A DNA stretch of 12,208 nt, from the NCBI GenBank assembly GCA_044222065.1, contig JBGAOA010000093.1:1-12208 (forward strand), written 5' to 3'. This stretch comes from Candidatus Eiseniibacteriota bacterium. GTDB taxonomy: Bacteria; Eisenbacteria; RBG-16-71-46. A model generated the notes under the pieces. The model saw nothing but the letters and a program-made list of their open reading frames with translations. It made no database searches and was not told the origin of the DNA. The first letter of the stretch is position 1. Each line of letters starts with the position of its first letter. This document shows positions 1-7,540 of this stretch, piece after piece. The translations under genes and the position numbers were made by a program.

Positions 1-42
1 GGCTCGCGCGTCGAGCGACGCTCCGCGCACCCACCCCGACGC

Positions 43-795
43 CTAGCGGTACAGCGCCTTCACGGAGCCCCAGGTGGAACGGCGGGCGGGGGTGCAGCCG
101 TCGGCGGCACAGATAGCGTCCCCGGATGACTGGAACGTTACATAGGCGCGTGTGCCGATCGTCGTGATGTCCACGGGAGTCGGGCCGCCGCCGAGGTACT
201 GGCGAATGCGCACGCGCGTGAGGCGGATGCACATCGGAACGCTGCAGCCAGCGCAGGGATCTGTGCCGACGGTCTTCAGGTGACTGATGCGGAGACTGAG
301 GCCGTAGTAGTGGGCCTCGGGCGTGAGTTCGCCTCGATTGGGAGTGGTCACCGCAACGATTCCGCCACCTACTGAACGGCCCGGATTCCCGACGTCGTAG
401 GCGAAGGCCGATAGCCCTCCAACCGCCACGGCGCCGTAGTCCACGCACGCGTTAGTGCTCGACGCGAAGTCCCCGTTAAGCACGCCGGCGCCGTTCCGAC
501 ACTGGCCCGCACCTTGGATGTGCCACCACGCGACCGTCGCTTCGCAGTCTTGCTGCAAGAACTCGAAGCTGCACTCCACCGACGAAAAGTACCGAATGCT
601 GTCCGGCGCGATGTAGCTCGCGAACATGACGTCTGCTCCATCGTTCGTATCGCAGGCGAAGTTCTTGTTGAGCGTCGCCGTCGCGCCGTCGATGCAGTCG
701 TTCCACGCGAGGTTGATGGCGGGAGCGGACGTGGCCGGGAGTGCCGTGGTCGCGAGCGCACAGGCGACGAGGGCGGCTGCTGCGAGCGCCTTCAT
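43..795 (-). CDS. Secreted Cys-rich hypothetical protein (250 aa) with C-terminal STWGSVKALYR tail
   Basis: The start is best placed at ATG 795 (MKALAAAALVACALATTALPATSA, a signal peptide), not 855. This ATG overlaps the upstream TGA (ATGA, 792-795). Motifs INLAWNDC, FACDTN and CAGC; ends TPARRSTWGSVKALYR*. Confidence 0.85.
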   Translation of the reverse strand: MKALAAAALVACALATTALPATSAPAINLAWNDCIDGATATLNKNFACDTNDGADVMFASYIAPDSIRYFSSVECSFEFLQQDCEATVAWWHIQGAGQCRNGAGVLNGDFASSTNACVDYGAVAVGGLSAFAYDVGNPGRSVGGGIVAVTTPNRGELTPEAHYYGLSLRISHLKTVGTDPCAGCSVPMCIRLTRVRIRQYLGGGPTPVDITTIGTRAYVTFQSSGDAICAADGCTPARRSTWGSVKALYR

Positions 796-1396
796 CGGTA
801 TAGCGCCTTCACGGAACCCCAGGTGAAGCGGTGCGTGGGGCTGGTGCCGTAGCACGCGCTCTCGCTACCGGACTGATACGTCACGTGGGCACGCCAGCCG
901 ATGGCGGTGATGTCCACGTTTCCTCCCGGAGCACCCGCTGGTTCGCGTGCGACAGCACCAGTTTGACTCCGTAGTAGTGGACTCCGGCGGTGAGGGCGAC
1001 GGCGTTCGCGGCGGGTACTGCGACGACGCCGTTTCCCATCGAGTGTCCTGGCACTGGGCTGTCGTTCTGTACCGAGCCGATACCACCGACGGCGGGAGTG
1101 CTCCACGCGCTGGCGTCACAGGCTCCGCTGGCGGCAGTGAAGTCGCCGTTCACGATGAGCGCTCCGTTGCGGCACCTGCCCGCCCCCTTCACTTGCCACC
1201 AGGGAACCGTGGCGCCGCCTTTCGTTTGTTGAACTTCGAAGTAGATCTCCACGCTGATGAACTGATTCATCCCCTCCGGCGCGATGAAGCTCGCGAACAT
1301 GACGTCTGAACCGTTGTTCGTGTCGCAGGCGAAGGTCTTGTCGAGGGCCGCCGTCGCGCCATCGATGCAGTCGTTCCACGCGAGGTTGATGGCGGG
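615..1396. repeat. Direct repeats between the paralogs: 615-723 vs 1288-1396, and 47-76 vs 796-825
   Basis: Manual alignment gives 10 mismatches in 109 nt for the mature N-terminal block and 2 mismatches in 30 nt for the TWGSVKALYR block. Confidence 0.9.
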
Positions 1397-1474
1397 ATAG
1401 GCGTGTGACGTGGTGGCAAAGCACGCGCACGCGACCGCGCAGGCCGCGGCGAGGAATCGAGGGGTGCGGCGCAT
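792..1474 (-). pseudogene. Paralog of 43-795, disrupted by an internal deletion plus frameshift at 942/941
   Basis: GGAGG RBS 6 nt before ATG 1474, then a signal peptide. The frame of ORF 881..1474 matches the paralog up to HYYGVKLVLSHA. Homology resumes in the frame of ORF 792..1106 (PAGAPGGNVDITAIGWRAHVTYQS...FTWGSVKALYR*). The segment equivalent to KTVGTDPCAGCSVPMCIRLTRVRIRQ is absent. Confidence 0.85.
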
Positions 1475-1531
1475 GAGGAACCTCCGGCATCGGGGGATGC
1501 GCGGGAATTCTCCACCCGGCCCCGCACGCCG

Positions 1532-1561
1532 TCACGCCCGAAGTTCGGACTCCGGGCGTGA
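1532..1561 (-). terminator. Stem-loop downstream of the DUF2330 gene
   Basis: Minus strand TCACGCCCGGAGT-CCGA-ACTTCGGGCGTGA forms a 13-bp stem with one G-U pair, which pairs only on the minus strand. It lies 20 nt after the stop codon and has no U-tract. Confidence 0.55.
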
Positions 1562-1581
1562 TCGGCGGACGTGCGCCTCGC

Positions 1582-2988
1582 CTACTTGTCCCACAGGCTC
1601 TGCCACCACGTGAGCCCCTCGCCGCCCTTCGACCAGTCGTCCTTCACGTTCATGTTGTCCCGGATCGTCGCGAGGTCCCAGCCCGTGAGCGCGGCGAGCG
1701 TCTGCGCCTGCTCGCGTCGCCGCTCGCGCAGCCCGGCGAGGTACTTGCGCCCGGCGTCGCAATCGCAGTCGCCCTCGAACGCATGGCGCAGGACGTAGCG
1801 GCCCTGGAAGTTTTCGCGGTTGTCCGTCACCTGGAAGACGAGGTCCTCGGGGAAGTGCGCGGCGTCGTAGCGCACGTGGAGCCGCGTGAGGAACGTGCTC
1901 GCGTTCGCGCCTCCGAAGCGCGACGGAACGCCGCCCGCCCCGGCGGCCCACCACACGCCGAGCCCGCGCAGCTCGTCGGCGGCGAGCGGCGGGCTCGCGC
2001 ACGGGTCGCACCAGCTCATGTCCCACGCGTACTCGAGGAACACGGCCGAGTGGTTCTCGCGGCGCGTCTGCGTGTCGAACGTCGCGCGGTAGAAGGCCGG
2101 GAAGACGCCCTTCACGTAATCGGGGATCTCGGCGCCCGTCGGCAGCTTCACCGTGCGGTAGTTCGTGCACTCGATGCGGCCGCGCTTCGTGAGCGCGTAG
2201 ATGAACAGCTCCTGCGGACCGTCGGCGTTCGCCATGCCGAGCCGGAGCGGCAGTCCGAAGCGCGGCGTCTCGAACGCCATCTGCAGCGGGCGCAGGTTCT
2301 GGTAGCCGGCCTTCGCGCGTTCGCCGAGGTTCACCTTCGCGACGAAGAACTTCATCCCCTGCTTCAGGTACGCGTCGATCACGCGCGTCGCGCCGGGCGG
2401 CACCTTGTAGCCGTTGCGGTCGAGCCACGCGGCGAGCGCGTCGCTCTGCGTCGCGGACAGAATGAGGATGTCGTACTCGCCGACCGTGTACTTCGCCTCG
2501 ATCTTCACTTCGTCTTCGCGCCCGCCGCGCACTCGGATGGCGCTCGAGGACATCTTCACGGCGGCGCCCACCGACAGTTCCTGCACCGCCATCGGCTTCG
2601 CGCACGGGTCGGAGTCCCAGTACTCGACGAGGCGCGGCGCGCTGAACTGGTCGAGGTGGTCCACCCACGCCTGTTCGCCGACGTGGATCTGTCCGCGCTG
2701 GAGCACGGTCGGCACGGGCACGACCATCGCGAACTCCTTTGGGTCGCCCTTGAAGTCGCTCGCCATCGTGAGCACGGTGCGGTCGCCGTCGCGCACGATC
2801 GCGACGGACGAGCTCTTGTTGAACAGCTTCGAGTCGCCGGTCGCGACGAAGAAGCCGCAGAAGGCGTGACCGGGCGGCGCGAGCGCTCCAAGCGCGATGA
2901 CGGCGGCGGCGAGCGCCGCAAGCGGGGCGTGACGCGCGGCGCTAGTGCGCGCCGCGGGCCGGGACGGGTGAGGCGTGTGTCGGTGCAT
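1582..2988 (-). CDS. DUF2330 domain-containing exported protein (468 aa)
   Basis: GAGGAG RBS and a signal peptide ending PPGHA. Family-typical motifs: FCGFFV, EFAMVVPVP, SAPRLVEYWDSDPC, VGEYDILIL, MKFFVAKVN, LPLRLGMANA, EYAWDMSWCDPC, FLTRLHVRY, FPEDLVF, NFQGRY. Confidence 0.88.
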   Translation of the reverse strand: MHRHTPHPSRPAARTSAARHAPLAALAAAVIALGALAPPGHAFCGFFVATGDSKLFNKSSSVAIVRDGDRTVLTMASDFKGDPKEFAMVVPVPTVLQRGQIHVGEQAWVDHLDQFSAPRLVEYWDSDPCAKPMAVQELSVGAAVKMSSSAIRVRGGREDEVKIEAKYTVGEYDILILSATQSDALAAWLDRNGYKVPPGATRVIDAYLKQGMKFFVAKVNLGERAKAGYQNLRPLQMAFETPRFGLPLRLGMANADGPQELFIYALTKRGRIECTNYRTVKLPTGAEIPDYVKGVFPAFYRATFDTQTRRENHSAVFLEYAWDMSWCDPCASPPLAADELRGLGVWWAAGAGGVPSRFGGANASTFLTRLHVRYDAAHFPEDLVFQVTDNRENFQGRYVLRHAFEGDCDCDAGRKYLAGLRERRREQAQTLAALTGWDLATIRDNMNVKDDWSKGGEGLTWWQSLWDK

Positions 2989-3913
2989 CGGTCTCTCCTC
3001 GGGTGGGTTCCGGTCGGGCGGCGGGTTTCCATTCGAAGCGCGCGGCGGGGAGCGCGCGATCCACGAGCGGCACGGCGAGCGACAGCAGCGCGAGCGACCA
3101 CAACAGCGCGTTCGGGCGGTAGAGCGCGAACTGGATCGCGGCGGCGAGCGCCGCGACCGCGAGTCCGAACAGCACGCGGCCGAGCCGGCGGTCGGGCGTC
3201 GTGCGCGGGTCCGAGATCATGAAGAACGCGAACAGCAGCACGCCGCCGCTCGAGAGCTGGTGGAGCGGCACGGCGAACGGCTGACCGAGCCACAGCGCGC
3301 GGCCGAACAGCACCGCGCACCAGCCGGCGAGGAACGCGAACGTGACGTCGCTCCGGAGGGAGCGGTGGACGACGACGCCACCGGCGCACGCGAGCGCGAA
3401 CGCGAACCACGCGCCATTGCCCCACTGCGCGGGCGACACCCACACCGGGGCGTGCGCCGCGAGCAGCAGCACGAGCGCGCCGTTCGTGGGGTTCAGGACG
3501 TGCTTGCCGCGCGCGCGGAAGACGAACTTGCTGCCGACCGCGATCGCGGCCGCGACGGCGCCCCACCACGGCTCGTTCGCGCGCAGCAGCAGGCACAGCG
3601 AGAGCGACGAGATGAAGGCACTCCGCGGCTCGAAGCGCCCGGCGCCGGCGAGGCGCGTCGCGAGCCACTGCGTCGCGAGCGCGCCGCCGAGGGTCCACGC
3701 GATCTGCGCCGGCGGGACGTCGAAGCGAAGCGCGAGCGTGCCGTAGGCGACGAGCGTCGCGAGCACGGCGATCTGGTAGTGGCGCGCATCCGAGGCGAAC
3801 GCGCGCGCCGCGCTCGCGAGCCCGGCGCCCGCCGCCTCCGGCGTGCGTGCGGCCGCGGGGGTCAGTCGCGCGGCCGCGGCCGCGATCGGGGCTCGGGGAG
3901 CGAGCGTCGTCAT
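2942..3913 (-). CDS. NqrB/RnfD-like integral membrane protein, stand-alone (323 aa)
   Basis: Multiple hydrophobic helices. Motifs SAFISSLSLCLLL, AIAVGSKF, KHVLNPTN, WVSPAQWG and LLFAFFMISDPRTTP match the NQR2/RnfD family. Overlaps the DUF2330 gene by 47 nt. Confidence 0.82.
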   Translation of the reverse strand: MTTLAPRAPIAAAAARLTPAAARTPEAAGAGLASAARAFASDARHYQIAVLATLVAYGTLALRFDVPPAQIAWTLGGALATQWLATRLAGAGRFEPRSAFISSLSLCLLLRANEPWWGAVAAAIAVGSKFVFRARGKHVLNPTNGALVLLLAAHAPVWVSPAQWGNGAWFAFALACAGGVVVHRSLRSDVTFAFLAGWCAVLFGRALWLGQPFAVPLHQLSSGGVLLFAFFMISDPRTTPDRRLGRVLFGLAVAALAAAIQFALYRPNALLWSLALLSLAVPLVDRALPAARFEWKPAARPEPTRGETDAPTHASPVPARGAH

Positions 3914-3921
3914 GCGGGGCG

Positions 3922-3947
3922 TACGCCGCGCTTCGCGGCGTTATTCC
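3922..3947 (-). promoter_or_regulatory. Candidate ECF-sigma promoter GGAAT-N17-CGTA, 8 nt before ATG 3913
   Basis: Minus strand reads GGAAT aacgccgcgaagcgcgg CGTA cgccccgc ATG, with no SD. An 8-bp inverted repeat (3923-3941) spans the spacer. Confidence 0.4.
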
Positions 3948-4162
3948 CGGCGCGCGCTCGGCGATTTCACCCGGCGCTCACCGCGCGGTGAAGCGCGCGT
4001 CATCGCCGGGCGGCGATCCTGCGCGCGGTGAATGCGGAGCCGGTGACCCACGAATGCCAGGGGCTGCCCGAATCACCCTCGAGGCGGATGGCCGTCCGCT
4101 CTGCCTCCCGAACGACGGACGATGCGCGGGTCCGGCCCGGGCCGCCGGGCCCGTGCGCGTCC

Positions 4163-6160
4163 TCAGGCCGTCGGGGCTCCGGTGACGGCGCTCGCCTCGG
4201 TCGCGGGCTCGTGTTCGACGTCCTCGACCCACGCGCGCAGCACTTCGGCCGCGGCGAGCGCGGACATCGGATCGGGCGCGATGCGCACGCCGCCGGCGGT
4301 CGTCGAGCCGAGGCCGAGTTCGACCCAGCCGGGCAGCGCGCCGATCGGGCTGCGGCGCCGCAGCGCATCGAGCGCCTGCAGCCATCCGCCGACCGCGGCC
4401 TGCGCCTCGTGACGCCGGCCGTGCACGCGCAGCCACGCGACGATGAACTGCGCGAGCCAGTCGGGCCGGGCGCGCTCGCTCGCGTCGTCCTCGCGCACGC
4501 CTTCTTTCACGACGAGCCGCGCGAGTGCGGCGTCCACGAGCCGCGCGGCCTGGTCGTTCGGCAGGATCGCGGGCGCGAGGCTCACCGCGAGCAACTGCGA
4601 CGCCGAGAAGCCGCGCTGCGGCGCGTCGCCTTCGAGGCGGTCGTAGAGCGTGCCGCTGCGCTCGTCCCAGAACGCCTCGAGGAAGCGCGTCTGGTGGTCG
4701 CGCGCCCACGCGAGGTAGAACGCGCCCTGCTCCCTGCGGCCGGTGAGCTTCGAGAGCTGCGCCATCGCGACGAGCGCGTGGTACCAGAGGATGTTGGGTT
4801 CGACGCGCTTCACCGCGGGCGCGCCGTTCTCGAGCAGTCCGTCCGAGTCCACGCGGATGCCGTGGCGCGTGCCCATGCGGTAGTACGGCATCGCGGCCTC
4901 GACCGCCGGCGCGAGCACGCGGTTCGTGAAGTCGAGGTCGTGGCTGCGGCGCGCGTACAGCTCGGCCGCGTGCACGAGCCACAACGTCGGCGCGGGATCG
5001 CCGTAGCGCGGGAAGCCGTCGGGCGTGAAGTACTCGGGCGCGACGCCTTCGTCGAGGTACTCGACGACGCCGCGCAGCAGCTCGCGCGCGGTCTCGAACG
5101 CGCGCACCGCGACGAGCGCGGGCACCGCGCGCAGCACGTGCGTGCCGCGCTCGGGCGACGTCGGCAGCGACGAGACGAACGACAGCCGGTGCGGGCGGCG
5201 CGTGAGCCCCGACAGCAGCTGCGCGGCGAGCGGCGCCGTCCAGCCGTCACGGGCGTGCAGCAGCGTCGCGGCGTCCGCGCCGTCGTCGCTGCGCCGCGAC
5301 GCGCGCGCCTGACGCGCCGTCTCGTTCGCGCCTTCGACGGCGCGCGCGACCCAGGCGTCGCGCTGCGCATCGTCGTCGCGCGCGAGCATCGCGACGCATT
5401 CGGCGAGCGTCTTCGGCGGCGGCGAGCCGAGCCGGTCCTCGCGCGCGAGCGTGCGGAACAGCTCCTCCTCGGCGCCGGCGACGAGATGGAACGAGCCGCC
5501 CGCGGGCAGCATCGCCTCGAGGTAGCCGGGGAGCATCGCCTGCTCGCCGGGCGTCACGCCCGCGTCGGGATTCGCGAGCTCGGGGTAGTCGAGCTGGCGC
5601 CACACGCGCGCGGGAATGAACGCGCCGTTGTGCCACAGCGTGAGCGCCGGCTCCTCCGCGGCGAGCTGCACGCGCACGCGCCCCGGCACGGGCGAGGTCG
5701 CGCCCGGTGCGTCGTGGCGTTCGCGTTCGAGCTCGTGCGGTCCGCGCGCGACGACGAGCGGGCTCACGACGAGGCGCGCATCGAGGCCGCCGAGGTGGCG
5801 CCAGCGCACCGCGACCGCGTTGTGGCCGGCGATCATGAACACCGAGCGCTCGAGCCGCACGCCGCCGGCGTTGTACACCCAGGTCGGGATCGGCGCGGGC
5901 GCGAACGACTCGAGGACCACGCCGCCGCTTCCGCGCGCGAAGTCCACGGTGCCGTTCGTCGTGTGCAGGCGTTCGGTGGCCGACAGCAGCAGCGTCACGA
6001 CGCGGCCGGTCGGCAGGCTCGCGGTCAGGAGGGCGTGGGCCGGGCGCGCGCGGAACCCCGAGGCGGTTCCGCAGGAAGAGCCTCCGAGTCCGTTCGAAAG
6101 GAGCCAGTCCGACCCGAGGGCAGTCGGAGGGCTCGAGGACGCGTCCTGTCCGAGCTGCAT
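4163..6160 (-). CDS. Glycogen debranching enzyme / amylo-alpha-1,6-glucosidase-like protein (GDE_N plus C-terminal barrel, 665 aa), catalytic motifs degenerate
   Basis: Start at ATG 6160 (MQLGQD); the longer ORF extension overlaps the next gene. DWLLSNGLGGSSCGT...HALL matches the family N-terminus. TLWLVHA, GTRHGIRVDSDGLL, VEPNILWYHAL, AFWDE..LYD, SQLLAVSL and AAEVLRAW match the C-terminal domain scaffold. Confidence 0.85.
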   Translation of the reverse strand: MQLGQDASSSPPTALGSDWLLSNGLGGSSCGTASGFRARPAHALLTASLPTGRVVTLLLSATERLHTTNGTVDFARGSGGVVLESFAPAPIPTWVYNAGGVRLERSVFMIAGHNAVAVRWRHLGGLDARLVVSPLVVARGPHELERERHDAPGATSPVPGRVRVQLAAEEPALTLWHNGAFIPARVWRQLDYPELANPDAGVTPGEQAMLPGYLEAMLPAGGSFHLVAGAEEELFRTLAREDRLGSPPPKTLAECVAMLARDDDAQRDAWVARAVEGANETARQARASRRSDDGADAATLLHARDGWTAPLAAQLLSGLTRRPHRLSFVSSLPTSPERGTHVLRAVPALVAVRAFETARELLRGVVEYLDEGVAPEYFTPDGFPRYGDPAPTLWLVHAAELYARRSHDLDFTNRVLAPAVEAAMPYYRMGTRHGIRVDSDGLLENGAPAVKRVEPNILWYHALVAMAQLSKLTGRREQGAFYLAWARDHQTRFLEAFWDERSGTLYDRLEGDAPQRGFSASQLLAVSLAPAILPNDQAARLVDAALARLVVKEGVREDDASERARPDWLAQFIVAWLRVHGRRHEAQAAVGGWLQALDALRRRSPIGALPGWVELGLGSTTAGGVRIAPDPMSALAAAEVLRAWVEDVEHEPATEASAVTGAPTA

Positions 6161-6168
6161 GGGCGCGG

Positions 6169-6197
6169 AGCATAAGCACCGACCGCTCCCGATGCCA
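6169..6197 (-). promoter_or_regulatory. Candidate sigma70 promoter for a leaderless transcript
   Basis: Minus strand TGGCAT-N17-TATGCT-ccgcgccc-ATG(6160). The -35 is weak and there is no SD. Confidence 0.45.
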
Positions 6198-6252
6198 GCC
6201 GGAACCGCGTCCGGAGCGGCCGGCGGACCCTGCGCCGGAGCGCCGACCGGAA

Positions 6253-7434
6253 CTAGTTGCCGATCTGCCGGCGCACGACGGCCGACAGCGGCACCAGGCT
6301 CACCCCGCCGAGCCGCTTCTGCGCCGCGGCCTTCGGCAGCCACTCGCCCGTGAGCGGCGTGGAGCGCACCCACACCGTGATCGAGCCGCGCGTGCGAGCG
6401 AGGTCGAGCACGTCCGACCAGCGTTTGTCGAGCGCCTTCGCGTCCTTGGCCTGCGTCTCCGAGTCGAGCACGGCGTCGGGCTCGTCGTACGCGATGCCGA
6501 GGTCGCTCGCGAGCGACTTGCACACCGCGCCCGGCGCCGGGTTCACGTGCAGGAAGGGCAGCCGCGCGCGCCGCAGCTCGCGGTAGACCGCCGACATCAC
6601 CTCCATGTCCTGCGTCGCGAGCGAGCCCATGTGGTTCGCGACCGCGACCGGCTGCCCGGCCTGCTCGACGTAGCGCTTCACCTTCCCGCCGATCTGAGAA
6701 GCCCCCATCGTCACGGTGATCGTGCCGGGGCCCGGGTTGATGCGCGGGTAGTTGAGCGGCTCGAGTGGCAGGTGGAGCACGATCTCGCGCGAGCGCTCGC
6801 GCGCCGCGCGGAACAGCTCGCCGCTCGCCTTCGCCCCCGGGACGATCGCCACCGCGAACGACACGGGCAGCGCGAACGCCTGCTTCGCGGCCTCCAGCTC
6901 TTCGCCGAAGCCGTACAGCACGAGCGCGACGCGGCCGCTCTCGGGGTCGGGGCCACCGGCCCTCGGCTCGGGCGGACGCGGGCGCACGAAGACGAGGTCG
7001 TGCGTGGGCCGCGCGCCGATCCCGACGCGCAGCCGCAGCAGCAGCTCGCGATTCGCGCCGTACGTCTCGCGCCCGCTGAACACGGTGGCGCCGGCGGCCC
7101 GCAGCGCCTCGGTTACGGCGTAGTTGGCCTGCAGCGTCGAGCCGCCCGGAGGCAGGCCGATGCGCCAGCGCACCGAGGCGCCGGTGTCGGCCGGGGCCTG
7201 CGTGATGCTGTCCCGCGGAATGCCGGCCGCGTCGAGCCCGCGATGAATGCTGCGGCCGACGAGCAGGACAATGCGCTCGGGTTCGCCGATACCGAACCGG
7301 GCGAGCCACGTCTGTCCGCGCTCGGAGCGCAGCTGGAACCACGCCTCGCCGATCAGCAGCGCGAGTGCGGCGCCGACGATGAGCAGCACGATCCCGTTGG
7401 GCAGTCCGCCGGAGCGGCTCTTCTTGCGGGCCAT
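6253..7434 (-). CDS. Divergent polysaccharide deacetylase (YibQ / Polysacc_deac_2)-like membrane-anchored protein (393 aa)
   Basis: Basic N-terminus followed by one TM helix. C-terminal domain motifs LPVSFAVAIVP, EIVLHLPLEP, NPGPG, VANHMGS, ARTRGS and LVPLS. Confidence 0.85.
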   Translation of the reverse strand: MARKKSRSGGLPNGIVLLIVGAALALLIGEAWFQLRSERGQTWLARFGIGEPERIVLLVGRSIHRGLDAAGIPRDSITQAPADTGASVRWRIGLPPGGSTLQANYAVTEALRAAGATVFSGRETYGANRELLLRLRVGIGARPTHDLVFVRPRPPEPRAGGPDPESGRVALVLYGFGEELEAAKQAFALPVSFAVAIVPGAKASGELFRAARERSREIVLHLPLEPLNYPRINPGPGTITVTMGASQIGGKVKRYVEQAGQPVAVANHMGSLATQDMEVMSAVYRELRRARLPFLHVNPAPGAVCKSLASDLGIAYDEPDAVLDSETQAKDAKALDKRWSDVLDLARTRGSITVWVRSTPLTGEWLPKAAAQKRLGGVSLVPLSAVVRRQIGN

Positions 7435-7449
7435 AAGAAAGGTGAGCGC

Positions 7450-7478
7450 AACTTACGGACGCGCGCGAACAGCGTCAA
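7450..7478 (-). promoter_or_regulatory. Sigma70-type promoter for 6253-7434
   Basis: Minus strand TTGACG (7478-7473)-N17-TAAGTT (7455-7450), 15 nt before ATG 7434. It stands out in a very GC-rich background. Confidence 0.65.
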
Positions 7479-7540
7479 AGGCGCGATCGGCGCGCTCGCG
7501 GGGCGCGTCGCATCGGGGGCTTTTTGCAGATCACTAACAA

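Noticed and set aside
930..955. Programmed ribosomal frameshift in the upstream paralog
   Set aside because: There is no slippery run, and about 26 codons are missing, so a frameshift alone would not restore the protein.
615..1396. Paralog repeats as a diversity-generating retroelement TR/VR pair
   Set aside because: The mismatches are not adenine-specific on either strand, and there is no reverse transcriptase in the window.
1506..1534. Possible promoter GTGACG-N17-GAGAAT for the paralog pair
   Set aside because: The first base of both hexamers is non-consensus and the -35 overlaps the hairpin, so it is too weak to call.
6161..7342. N-terminal 394 aa of the 1059-aa ORF as a fusion to the debranching-like protein
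   Set aside because: It overlaps the deacetylase-like gene out of frame and is low-complexity. Family homology starts right after Met 6160.
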